From positions 1-27,325 of the forward strand of contig CBDCAF010000007.1 in the NCBI GenBank assembly GCA_965213675.1: DNA of 27,325 nt, in the 5' to 3' direction. Shown piece by piece: positions 17,669 to 25,392 of this stretch. The position numbers were made by a program, and so were the translations under genes. This DNA is from an uncultured Candidatus Binatia bacterium (GTDB taxonomy: Bacteria > Desulfobacterota > Binatia > UBA9968 > JAJDTQ01). Every line of letters starts with the position of its first letter. The stretch's first letter is position 1. Under the pieces are notes generated by a model. The model searched no databases. It saw only the letters and a list, made by a program, of their open reading frames with translations, and was not told where the DNA came from.

Positions 17669-17777
17669 TTTTCCCCAGTCCTCCTCGATTGGCCCAAGCC
17701 GATTTAATCGGATTCTGCTGGAATATGTCCCCTTTATCTACTGTATTGGCAATCGCGATTTCCATGATGGGAGGAAC

Positions 17778-18071
17778 GCCCGCCGGGAGGAGATCGACCA
17801 GAAGTGACCCCAGGCGCCGGTGCAGGATTTCGCCGACCACATCGACTACGCGGTCGGCTTGGCAGGCATGGACCACGCCGGCAGCGCGTCGGACTTCAAC
17901 GGCCGCGGCATCGACGGATGGGACAACGCGCGCGACACGCTCAACTTCACCATCGAACGGGTGCGGCGGGGCTGCGGCGCGGATCAGATCGCCCGGCTGT
18001 GGGGCGGCAATCCGCTGCGGGTGATGGCAGCCGTGGAGGCGCCATCGCGAAACCGAACCGACCCGTCATAG
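17778..18071 (+). pseudogene. Membrane dipeptidase (peptidase M19) C-terminal remnant
   Basis: DFADHIDYAV...DHAGSASDFNG...RRG...IARLWGGNPLRV matches the M19 C-terminus. The frame extends upstream through an in-frame TGA at 17805-17807 (EEIDQK*PQAPV). The N-terminal part of the protein is absent. Confidence 0.7.
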
Positions 18072-18110
18072 ACGCGCTGGACGCGCTTGGCGACCGGCCC
18101 GCGGCACGGC

Positions 18111-18716
18111 TTACCCGTCGGAACTTCGCCGCCGCAGTTCGAAGCGCGACTCTTCTCCGGCCATCAGGCGGCGGATGTTGCCCCGGTGGCGCAGCATGAC
18201 CAGGACTGCGATGATGAAGGTCATCCAGACCGTTTCCTCGGGACAGGACAACCCCCACGCCACCACCGGGGCGGCTATCGCGGCGGCCATGGAGGCGAGG
18301 GAGACGCGCCGGTCCGCCAGGACCACCGCCAGAAAAACGCCCAGTACGACGAGGAGGCCCACGGGCATGGCGGCCAGGTAGACGCCCGCGGCCGTGGCGA
18401 CGCCCTTGCCCCCCTTGAACCTCAGGAACAAGGGATAGAGATGGCCGGCGAAGGCGGCCAGACCGGCGGATGCGGCCACGGCCGCGCCGAGGTCCAGCAA
18501 GTACGCCGCCAGCACCGGCAGGAATCCCTTGGCGACGTCGGCCAACAGTGTGACCGCGCCCTTTTTCCAGCCCAACGTCCGCGCCACATTGGTGGCGCCG
18601 ATGTTGCCGCTGCCGGCGCCGCGCACATCCACGCCCGAGGACGATCCCACCAGGAAGCCCGCGGGAATCGATCCCAGGAGATAGGACAGTATCGTCAGGA
18701 TGATCGGGGCCATCAT
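18111..18716 (-). CDS. plsY: Glycerol-3-phosphate acyltransferase
   Basis: YLLGSIP, GSGNIGATNVAR, DVAKG, GHLYP..LRFKGGKGVAT and RHRGNIRRL..GEE. Confidence 0.96.
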   Translation of the reverse strand: MMAPIILTILSYLLGSIPAGFLVGSSSGVDVRGAGSGNIGATNVARTLGWKKGAVTLLADVAKGFLPVLAAYLLDLGAAVAASAGLAAFAGHLYPLFLRFKGGKGVATAAGVYLAAMPVGLLVVLGVFLAVVLADRRVSLASMAAAIAAPVVAWGLSCPEETVWMTFIIAVLVMLRHRGNIRRLMAGEESRFELRRRSSDG

Positions 18717-18781
18717 GGCATCGAAACGGCCGCCAGTCTGAACTTCCTCGGCCTCCGGCCGGCGCGGTTCTCCTTGCGGAC

Positions 18782-18815
18782 AAAAAAGGGGAGGAAGCCC
18801 AACGCCTCCTCCCCC
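18782..18815 (-). terminator. Rho-independent terminator of the cupin gene
   Basis: Minus strand GGGGAGGAGGC-GTTGG-GCTTCCTCCCC-TTTTTT, about 20 bp after the stop codon. Confidence 0.85.
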
Positions 18816-18834
18816 GGATCCAAAGGCCTTGAGC

Positions 18835-19932
18835 CTATGCCGCGGGCTTCACGTACACACCGGGATCCATTCGCGACGCGGCTCCCAGCCCGGTCATGTC
18901 GGACTCGAACATCTCGCGGATGTACGCCGGCTGGTCGTAGTACTCGATCTGGTTGCCGCCGGACTTCACGTCCTTGTCCACCTTGGAGATGTCGCCGTAG
19001 CCCTCGCCCATGCTGTGCTTGATGCCGCCGAAACGCAACGGCAGGTAGCGCGCGCCGGTGGGGCCAAGGTTGAAGTGCTGGTGAAACATCATCTCCGGCG
19101 GCACGAACACGCTGCCGTCCTGCCAGTCGTAGCGCTTGGGCTCCTCGCCTTCCCACCAGAAGAGCGAAAAGCCCTGTCCCTTGATGATGATGACGTTGAA
19201 TCCGGGGCCGTGGCGGTGCGCCTTCTTGTAGGTCCCCACGGGAAACTCGGAGATGTGCGCCGCCATGGTGCCGTCGCACATTTCCAGAAACACGTTCTTG
19301 CCGCCCGCGCCGCGTTCCTTCCACTCCTGCAGGTTGAAGGTGCGCGTATCGGCGATGAAGTTGGTCTCCCAGATGCGCCCGGGATGCTGCGTGCCCTTGC
19401 TGGAGAAAAAGTCCGGCCGCCCGTCGAAGCGGTCGACGAAGTCGTACGGCGTGTTGAAGATGAACTCCTCGTTGTGGAACAGGCTGAAGACGATGGGCAT
19501 GTTGTTGACCGAAAACAGCCGCGCCGGCTTGTCGCCCTGGCCGTTGAAGTGCTGGTGATGCACGTTCAACGGCACCGAGATGAGGCTCCCCTCCTGCCAC
19601 TCGAAGGTCTGCTTGGCGCCGTTGTCGTTCCAGATGGTGGTGGCGCCGCGGCCCTGCACCACCAGAATCAGCTCCTCGTAGAGGTGGCGCATGGGGTTCA
19701 GGCTCTTGCCCGGGGCGATTTCGACGACGTACGCGCCGGTGGCGTCACCCGCGCCCTCCATATTGAAGAGGGTTCCGTCACCGCCCATGCGGTCCCACCA
19801 CTTGAGCGGCACTTCCTTCAGATCCTTGATGAAGAAAGTGTCGACAACGTCGACCCCCTCGCCCTTCTGCCACTTGTAGAAGAAGGGGATGTTGTCCATC
19901 GTGTTCTCGATCTCTTGCGCCGGCTTGGCCAT
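18835..19932 (-). CDS. Bicupin protein (gentisate 1,2-dioxygenase-like superfamily)
   Basis: GGAGG RBS. Two cupin motif sets: MRHLYEE...HHQHFN and KAHRHGPG...FHQHFN. Confidence 0.8.
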   Translation of the reverse strand: MAKPAQEIENTMDNIPFFYKWQKGEGVDVVDTFFIKDLKEVPLKWWDRMGGDGTLFNMEGAGDATGAYVVEIAPGKSLNPMRHLYEELILVVQGRGATTIWNDNGAKQTFEWQEGSLISVPLNVHHQHFNGQGDKPARLFSVNNMPIVFSLFHNEEFIFNTPYDFVDRFDGRPDFFSSKGTQHPGRIWETNFIADTRTFNLQEWKERGAGGKNVFLEMCDGTMAAHISEFPVGTYKKAHRHGPGFNVIIIKGQGFSLFWWEGEEPKRYDWQDGSVFVPPEMMFHQHFNLGPTGARYLPLRFGGIKHSMGEGYGDISKVDKDVKSGGNQIEYYDQPAYIREMFESDMTGLGAASRMDPGVYVKPAA

Positions 19933-20065
19933 GTGTTCCTCCGAATTTCACGATAAATTCAAGGGACAGGTCTTACATGACGCGTTTTCAAAATACAAGA
20001 ACCGCCGCGGCGCGATGACGTGTGCCCAATCCCCCGGTCACGCAGTATCTTGACCTGCAAGAAAC

Positions 20066-20087
20066 ACTAATTCATTTATGAATTAGT
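20066..20087. promoter_or_regulatory. AT-rich palindrome directly upstream of fic (operator or recombination-site candidate)
   Basis: ACTAATTCAT-TT-ATGAATTAGT with perfect 10-bp arms, ending 2 bp before ATG 20090. Confidence 0.65.
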
Positions 20088-20089
20088 AA

Positions 20090-21448
20090 ATGCCCGGTGA
20101 AACGATGAAGATCCCACAAACCCCGCCCAGCCTCACGGAGATACTCGCGAACCTGAAGGAGCCCGACCAGATCAGGCGGATGACCGAGATACTCGCAGGC
20201 CAAGGAACCAGCCCCTCACAGGGGAAGAAGTACCGGCATTGGGAAAGCCTCCGTCGCGTCCAGCCGCCGACCGGAGTCTCATCCGAAGAATGGTGGGCGG
20301 CCGTGAAATTTGCCCGCCGCCAGACACGCAGGACCATTCCTCTAAAGGACAAGGACGGGAACTCCTTCGCCTACTGCCTCGCGGACCCCGTGCTCGAAGC
20401 CCTGTACGAAATCGACCGGAACGTAAGCGGGAGAATCACGACAACCGACCAGCTCCTGAATCCACAAACCAGGGACCGTTATGTCATGAGTTCCCTGATC
20501 GAGGAGGCCATCACTTCGAGCCAACTCGAAGGGGCCTCCACAACGCGCGACGCGGCAAAGCAAATGATTCGCTCCGGCCGAAAGCCCATGAATCGAAGCG
20601 AGAGGATGATCCTCAACAACTACCGGGCGATCCAACGGGTCAAGGAACTCACCGCCCAGCCCCTCACCCCTGAGATCGTGTTCACGATCCACGAGACGCT
20701 GATCGACGGAACCCTTGCGGAAGACCAGACCGGCAACCATCTGCGGGAACCGGGTGACGGTGTCGCCGTCTATCACGACGGGGATGGAACCCTGCTCCAT
20801 ACTCCCCCGCCCGCGCGAGACATCCCCTGTCGCATGGCCGCCATGTGTGAGTTCGCGAACGAGAGGCAGACGGACACCTTTCTGCATCCGATCGTGAAGG
20901 CGATCATCCTCCATTTCTGGCTTGCCTACGACCATCCGTTCGTCGACGGCAACGGCAGGACCGCCAGAGCATTGTTCTATTGGTCCGCACTCTCACAGGA
21001 TTTCTGGATGTTCGAGTTTCTTTCGATTTCCGCCGTCATTCGGAGATCGCCCACCCGGTATGCAAAGTCTTTCCTCTACACCGAGACCGACGAGAACGAC
21101 CTGACCTACTTTCTCCTGGCTCAGCTTCTAGTCATCCGGCAGGCCATCAAGGCCTTGTACACGTACCTCGACAAGAAAGCCCTGGAGATACAGAGCATCG
21201 AGAAGATTCTTCAATCCCACACCTCGATCAACCACCGACAACTGGCGCTACTCGGGCATGCCCTGCGCCACCCGGGGGCGCGCTACACGATAGACACACA
21301 CAAAAAGACCCACAGAGTCACATACCAGACGGCTCGGACCGACCTTCTCGATCTTGCCTCGCGGAACCTGCTCGTCAGGACGAAAACCGGGCAGTATTTC
21401 ACCTTCACCGCGCCCGCTGACTTGGTGAAGCGGCTGAAGGTCCCGTGA
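20090..21448 (+). CDS. Fic family protein (class II AMP-transferase) with a C-terminal winged-HTH
   Basis: Catalytic HPFVDGNGRTAR, N-terminal inhibitory motif SSQLEG and a C-terminal wHTH-like segment (NHRQLALL...VTYQTARTDLLDL). GC is visibly lower than in the neighbours. Confidence 0.93.
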   Translation: MPGETMKIPQTPPSLTEILANLKEPDQIRRMTEILAGQGTSPSQGKKYRHWESLRRVQPPTGVSSEEWWAAVKFARRQTRRTIPLKDKDGNSFAYCLADPVLEALYEIDRNVSGRITTTDQLLNPQTRDRYVMSSLIEEAITSSQLEGASTTRDAAKQMIRSGRKPMNRSERMILNNYRAIQRVKELTAQPLTPEIVFTIHETLIDGTLAEDQTGNHLREPGDGVAVYHDGDGTLLHTPPPARDIPCRMAAMCEFANERQTDTFLHPIVKAIILHFWLAYDHPFVDGNGRTARALFYWSALSQDFWMFEFLSISAVIRRSPTRYAKSFLYTETDENDLTYFLLAQLLVIRQAIKALYTYLDKKALEIQSIEKILQSHTSINHRQLALLGHALRHPGARYTIDTHKKTHRVTYQTARTDLLDLASRNLLVRTKTGQYFTFTAPADLVKRLKVP

Positions 21449-21483
21449 TCAATTACTAATTTATAAACAAATTAGTAATTGAT
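21448..21483. repeat. AT-rich 15-bp-arm palindrome directly downstream of fic
   Basis: ATCAATTACTAATTT-ATAAAC-AAATTAGTAATTGAT. It shares the ACTAATT-N8-AATTAGT core with the upstream site. Confidence 0.75.
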
Positions 21484-21521
21484 GGGTATTTTGTGGGGCA
21501 TACTGTCCGACACACCCTTGT

Positions 21522-21551
21522 TTGACACCCTGGATCACGCTTCCCTATAGT
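21522..21551 (+). promoter_or_regulatory. Sigma70-type promoter of the M24/ThrC-like/LLM operon
   Basis: TTGACA-N18-TATAGT, 47 bp before ATG 21599. Confidence 0.65.
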
Positions 21552-21598
21552 CAGTCCTTCCGCTGCATCGCTGCATTCCAACTCCAGGGAGAACTCCA

Positions 21599-22786
21599 AT
21601 GTGGATCAACGAACCGCGGGCCAGGCGCGTGCTGGCCGCGCACGGTCTCGACGGCCTGATGGCCGCCACCAACATTCCCAACGTCTTCTACCTGAGCGGC
21701 GTGTGGCGCCGGCAGGACATTGCCGCCGTCGTCACCCGGGACGCGGTGACGGCGCCCTGGATCGTGATTCCCCGGGGCGAGGTGGACTACATGGTGGACA
21801 CGGTGCCGCCCGCGGGGGTGGTCACTTACGGCACCTTCTTCCGCGTGATGGAGGACAACGGGCCGCTGACGCCGCGCGAGCAGCGCATCCGCGAACTGGG
21901 CATCGACCCGGAGCCCGTGACGAACTTCTTCGAGGGCCTCGTCCGCACGCTGGAGAACGCGGGCCTCGACCAGAGCCGGCTCGGCTACGACGAACGGGGC
22001 CTTGATCCGGCGCTGGCGGAGCGGCTCCGGGAACGGTTCCCGCGTCTGGAGCTGGTGCCCGCCATGGGGGTGTTCCGCGAGATCCGCATGGTCAAGAGCC
22101 CGGCCGAGATCGAGCGCATGAGCGAGGCCGTGCGCGTCACCGAGGACTCCATCTACGAGGCGGCACACGAAGCGCGCGAAGGCATGACCGAAGCGGAGAT
22201 GTGCCTGGCCTTCGACCTGGGCCAGGTGCGGCGCGGGGCCGCGCCCAACATGAACCACGTGGGCTTCGGCCGGAGCGCCGCCCTGGGCATGACCAACGTG
22301 CCGGAAGACACGCTCAAGGTCGGCGACATGATCCGGTTCGACGTGGGATGCCTCTACAAAGGCTACCTCACCGACATGTCGCGGACCTTTTCGTTCGGCC
22401 CGCCAGAGGAGAAATTCTCCTGTTATTACAACGCTGTACTCAAAGGCCAAGATCTGGCCCTCAGCCTCATCAAGCCGGGCAGGATCGCCTCCGAGATCTT
22501 TCACGACACGGTGGCGGAAGTCCGTGAATCCGGCATCCCGCACTACGGCCGCCAGCACGTGGGACACGGCATCGGCCTGGGCCTCGGCGGTTACGACCGG
22601 CCCACCATCGCCCCCAGCGACGACACGCCGCTGGAGGCCGACATGGTGCTGTGCATCGAGACCCCCTACTACGAGATGGGTTGGGGCAGCGTTCAGGTGG
22701 AAGACATGATCGTGGTCACCGAGGACGGCTACCGGCGGCTCACCTCGTCGCCGCGGCACCTCCAGGTGCTGGAACCGCGTACCTGA
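21599..22786 (+). CDS. M24 family (Xaa-Pro peptidase/creatinase-like) metallohydrolase
   Basis: RMVKSPAEIE. Metal ligands D (RFDVG), D (TDMSRT), H (GHGIG), E (IETP) and E (VEDM) are all present. Confidence 0.88.
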   Translation: MWINEPRARRVLAAHGLDGLMAATNIPNVFYLSGVWRRQDIAAVVTRDAVTAPWIVIPRGEVDYMVDTVPPAGVVTYGTFFRVMEDNGPLTPREQRIRELGIDPEPVTNFFEGLVRTLENAGLDQSRLGYDERGLDPALAERLRERFPRLELVPAMGVFREIRMVKSPAEIERMSEAVRVTEDSIYEAAHEAREGMTEAEMCLAFDLGQVRRGAAPNMNHVGFGRSAALGMTNVPEDTLKVGDMIRFDVGCLYKGYLTDMSRTFSFGPPEEKFSCYYNAVLKGQDLALSLIKPGRIASEIFHDTVAEVRESGIPHYGRQHVGHGIGLGLGGYDRPTIAPSDDTPLEADMVLCIETPYYEMGWGSVQVEDMIVVTEDGYRRLTSSPRHLQVLEPRT

Positions 22787-22808
22787 ACGTCGAGCGATCC
22801 AGATCCAT

Positions 22809-24077
22809 ATGAGCCACCTTACCGGTCTCGCTTGCATCCGATGCGGCGCGTCTTTCGGCATCGAGCCCCGCTTCGACGGATGCCCGGAATGCCGGCGGGA
22901 GGCCCCCGCCAACCTCACGCCCCGGTACGACCTGGACGCCGCCGCCCGGGAACTTTCCGTCGAGTCGCTTCGGGACCGGCCCACCGGCATGCGGCGCTAC
23001 CGCGAGTTGCTGCCCCCGGACGTGCAGGATGCCGCCACCCTGGGCGAAGGGGAGACGCCGCTGCTCCCTTGTGAGCGCTACGGCCGCCGGCTCGGGCTTG
23101 AGCGGCTGTTCCTGAAAGACGAATCGCAGAACCCTTCGGGCTCCTTCAAGGACCGGCTGGCGTTCTTCGCGCTGGCCATGGCCAAGCGCTTCGGCGCCCG
23201 GGCCGTCGGCGTCAGTTCCACCGGCAACGCCGGCGCCGCGGCCGCGGCCTACGCCGCCCGCACCGGGCTGCCCTGCATCGTGCTCACCGTCCAGGGCGCG
23301 GCCTCGGCCATCGTCACCCAGATGCAGGCCTACGGCGCCATGGTGGTGGCCACCCGCACCAAGGCCGACCGCTGGAGGCTGCTGCAGACCGGGGTGGCCG
23401 AGTGGGGCTGGTATCCGACCTCGCCCTATTTCGGCCCGCCCGTGGGCAGCAACCCCTACGGCGTCGACGGCTACAAGACCATGGCCTACGAGGTCTGCGA
23501 GCAAATGGGCTGGGAAGCCCCCGACTGGTGCGTGCTGCCGGTGGCCTACGGCGACGCCCTGTTCGGCATGTGGAAGGGCTTCGACGAACTTGCCGCCCTG
23601 GGGTTGATCCCCAGAAAGCCGCGCATGGTCGCGGCGGAGATGGCCGGCTGCCTGGGAGCGGCCTTGGCCTCCGGCGAGGACGCCGTTCCCGAGATGGCGG
23701 CGCCGTCACCCTACGTGGCCGGCTCCATCAGCGTGAACCAGAGCACCTATCAGGCGCTGCACGCGCTGCGGGCCTCGGACGGAGCCGCGCGGGTGGCGCG
23801 AAACGACGAGTTGCTGGGCCTGCAGCGGGATCTTGCGGCGGCCGAAGGCATCTACGCCGAGCCGTCGTCCCTGGCCGCCCTTGCCGCGGTGAGACGCCTG
23901 TGCGAGGAAGGGCGCATCGGCCGGAGCGACACGGTGGTGGTGGTCAACACCGCCACCGGCCTCAAGGACGCCGCCGCCACCGCGGGAGCCGCGCCTGAGA
24001 TCCCCACCGTGGGCGGCGACATCGCGCAATTCCTGGAGGCCCTGGAGGAAGCCTACGGCTTTCGCGCGGAGGCATGA
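22809..24077 (+). CDS. Threonine-synthase-like PLP enzyme (fold type II)
   Basis: N-terminal CxxC...CxxC, TLGEGETPL, NPSGSFKDR (PLP Lys), SSTGNAG, EPSS and TATGLKD. Confidence 0.85.
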   Translation: MSHLTGLACIRCGASFGIEPRFDGCPECRREAPANLTPRYDLDAAARELSVESLRDRPTGMRRYRELLPPDVQDAATLGEGETPLLPCERYGRRLGLERLFLKDESQNPSGSFKDRLAFFALAMAKRFGARAVGVSSTGNAGAAAAAYAARTGLPCIVLTVQGAASAIVTQMQAYGAMVVATRTKADRWRLLQTGVAEWGWYPTSPYFGPPVGSNPYGVDGYKTMAYEVCEQMGWEAPDWCVLPVAYGDALFGMWKGFDELAALGLIPRKPRMVAAEMAGCLGAALASGEDAVPEMAAPSPYVAGSISVNQSTYQALHALRASDGAARVARNDELLGLQRDLAAAEGIYAEPSSLAALAAVRRLCEEGRIGRSDTVVVVNTATGLKDAAATAGAAPEIPTVGGDIAQFLEALEEAYGFRAEA

Positions 24078-24097
24078 AGCCGTCATGAAACACATCC

Positions 24098-24192
24098 GTC
24101 ATTGCCGCACCCCTTCTGTCGTTCCCGCACCCCCTTCTGTCATTCCCGCGAAAGCTTGCCCTCGACCCCGATCGGGGGCGGGAAACCAGGGG
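24098..24192 (+). repeat. Composite dRS3-like REP (copy 3) preceded by two tandem 20/21-bp left-end units
   Basis: GTCATTGCCGCACCCCTTCT, then GTCGTTCCCGCACCCCCTTCT, then GTCATTCCCGCGAAAGCTTGCCCTCGACCCCGATCGGGGGCGGGAAACCAGGGG. Confidence 0.85.
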
Positions 24193-24215
24193 CGGGGCGG
24201 AGGGCCTGACCACTC

Positions 24216-25220
24216 ATGAAATTCAGCATACAGCTCCCCACCTGCACCGAAGGGCTGGTGAACCCCGTCCCGTTCGTGGAGCCGGAAGAGTTCGTGCACA
24301 TGGCGCAGGAGGCCGAACGGCTCGGATACGACGCCGTCTGGGGCAACGACCACATCAACCCGGCGGCCTACGCGAGGCAGAAATGGCCGGAACCGCCCAA
24401 CTTCTACGAGGTGCTGGTAACCTTGGCCACGGTGGGCGCCCACACCTCACGAATACGCCTGGGCACCGCCGTGCTGGTGATGCCACTACGGGACCCGGTT
24501 CTCCTGGCCAAGCAGGTCAGCACCCTGGACCGTTTCACCGGCGGTCGCGTGATCCTCGGTACGGGCATCGGCGCCTATCGCGAGGAGTTCGACGCCCAGT
24601 GGCCGCGACGCAAGGCGGAGCGGCGCGGCGACCTGCTGGACGAAAGCCTGGCGGCGCTGCAATGCCTGTTTCAGGATACCGAGGCCACCTACGAGGGGCG
24701 GCATATCGCCTTCAAGGGCATCGCCATGCGCCCCAAGCCGCTGCAGGACCCGTTACCCATCTTCGTCGGCGGCCACAACGAAGCCATGATCCGGCGAGCG
24801 GCCCGGCTCGGCCAGGGGTGGCTGCCGGGCTGGCGGCCCTTCGATCAGATCGTGGAGCGCGTGGCCCTGCTGCGGCGGCTGACGGAGGAAGCCGGGCGCC
24901 CTCCCCGGGACGTGGAGGCGTGCTCCCAGTTCACCCTTTGCGTCGGCAAGACCGTGGAGGCGGCGCGCGCCCGCTACCGCAAGACCGGCATGGTCCAGCA
25001 CCGGGTCTCCCTGGCCCACACTGGCCGGGATCCGGCTCTGGCCGAGACCCACAACCTCATAGGAAGTCCGGCCAGCATCCTGGAACAGGTGGCTTTCCTG
25101 GAAAAGGCCGGTATCGACCACGTGTGCGCGCTACAGCTCCCGTCGGACACGGGAGAGGAGATGCTGGAGCAGATCCAGTGGCTGGCGGAAGAGGTGATGA
25201 AGCCGTTCAACGGCGGGTAA
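24216..25220 (+). CDS. LLM-class (probably F420-dependent) oxidoreductase
   Basis: AERLGYDAVWGNDH, IRLGTAVLVMPLRDPVLLAKQVSTLD..GGRVILGTGIG..EEF and PKPLQDPLPIFVGG. Confidence 0.9.
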   Translation: MKFSIQLPTCTEGLVNPVPFVEPEEFVHMAQEAERLGYDAVWGNDHINPAAYARQKWPEPPNFYEVLVTLATVGAHTSRIRLGTAVLVMPLRDPVLLAKQVSTLDRFTGGRVILGTGIGAYREEFDAQWPRRKAERRGDLLDESLAALQCLFQDTEATYEGRHIAFKGIAMRPKPLQDPLPIFVGGHNEAMIRRAARLGQGWLPGWRPFDQIVERVALLRRLTEEAGRPPRDVEACSQFTLCVGKTVEAARARYRKTGMVQHRVSLAHTGRDPALAETHNLIGSPASILEQVAFLEKAGIDHVCALQLPSDTGEEMLEQIQWLAEEVMKPFNGG

Positions 25221-25243
25221 GCACCAGATAAACCTGCCCTTTT

Positions 25244-25299
25244 CCGCCATTCCCGCGGAAGCATGCCCTCGATCCTGATCGGGGGCGGGAATCCAGGGG
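25244..25299 (+). repeat. Composite dRS3-like REP (copy 4)
   Basis: CCGCCATTCCCGCGGAAGCATGCCCTCGATCCTGATCGGGGGCGGGAATCCAGGGG. It is followed by a degenerate TGTCATTCGCGCG...CGCGCGGCATGACA hairpin at 25317-25370. Confidence 0.85.
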
Positions 25300-25392
25300 A
25301 AGGGAGGGCAGTCTCATGTCATTCGCGCGCAACTGGCAACGGATCGAATCGCGCTCCGCGCGGCATGACAGGAACCCCACCGGAAGGAAAGC

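Noticed and set aside
10551-24077. Coenzyme M route (ThrC-like cysteate synthase plus ComDE)
   Set aside because: The genes are about 11 kb apart in separate units, no aminotransferase is linked, and the ThrC-like protein seems to lack phosphate-binding residues needed for phosphoserine.
24098-24192. CRISPR-like repeat array
   Set aside because: The units are contiguous without unique spacers, there are only 2-3 degenerate copies, and no cas genes are present.
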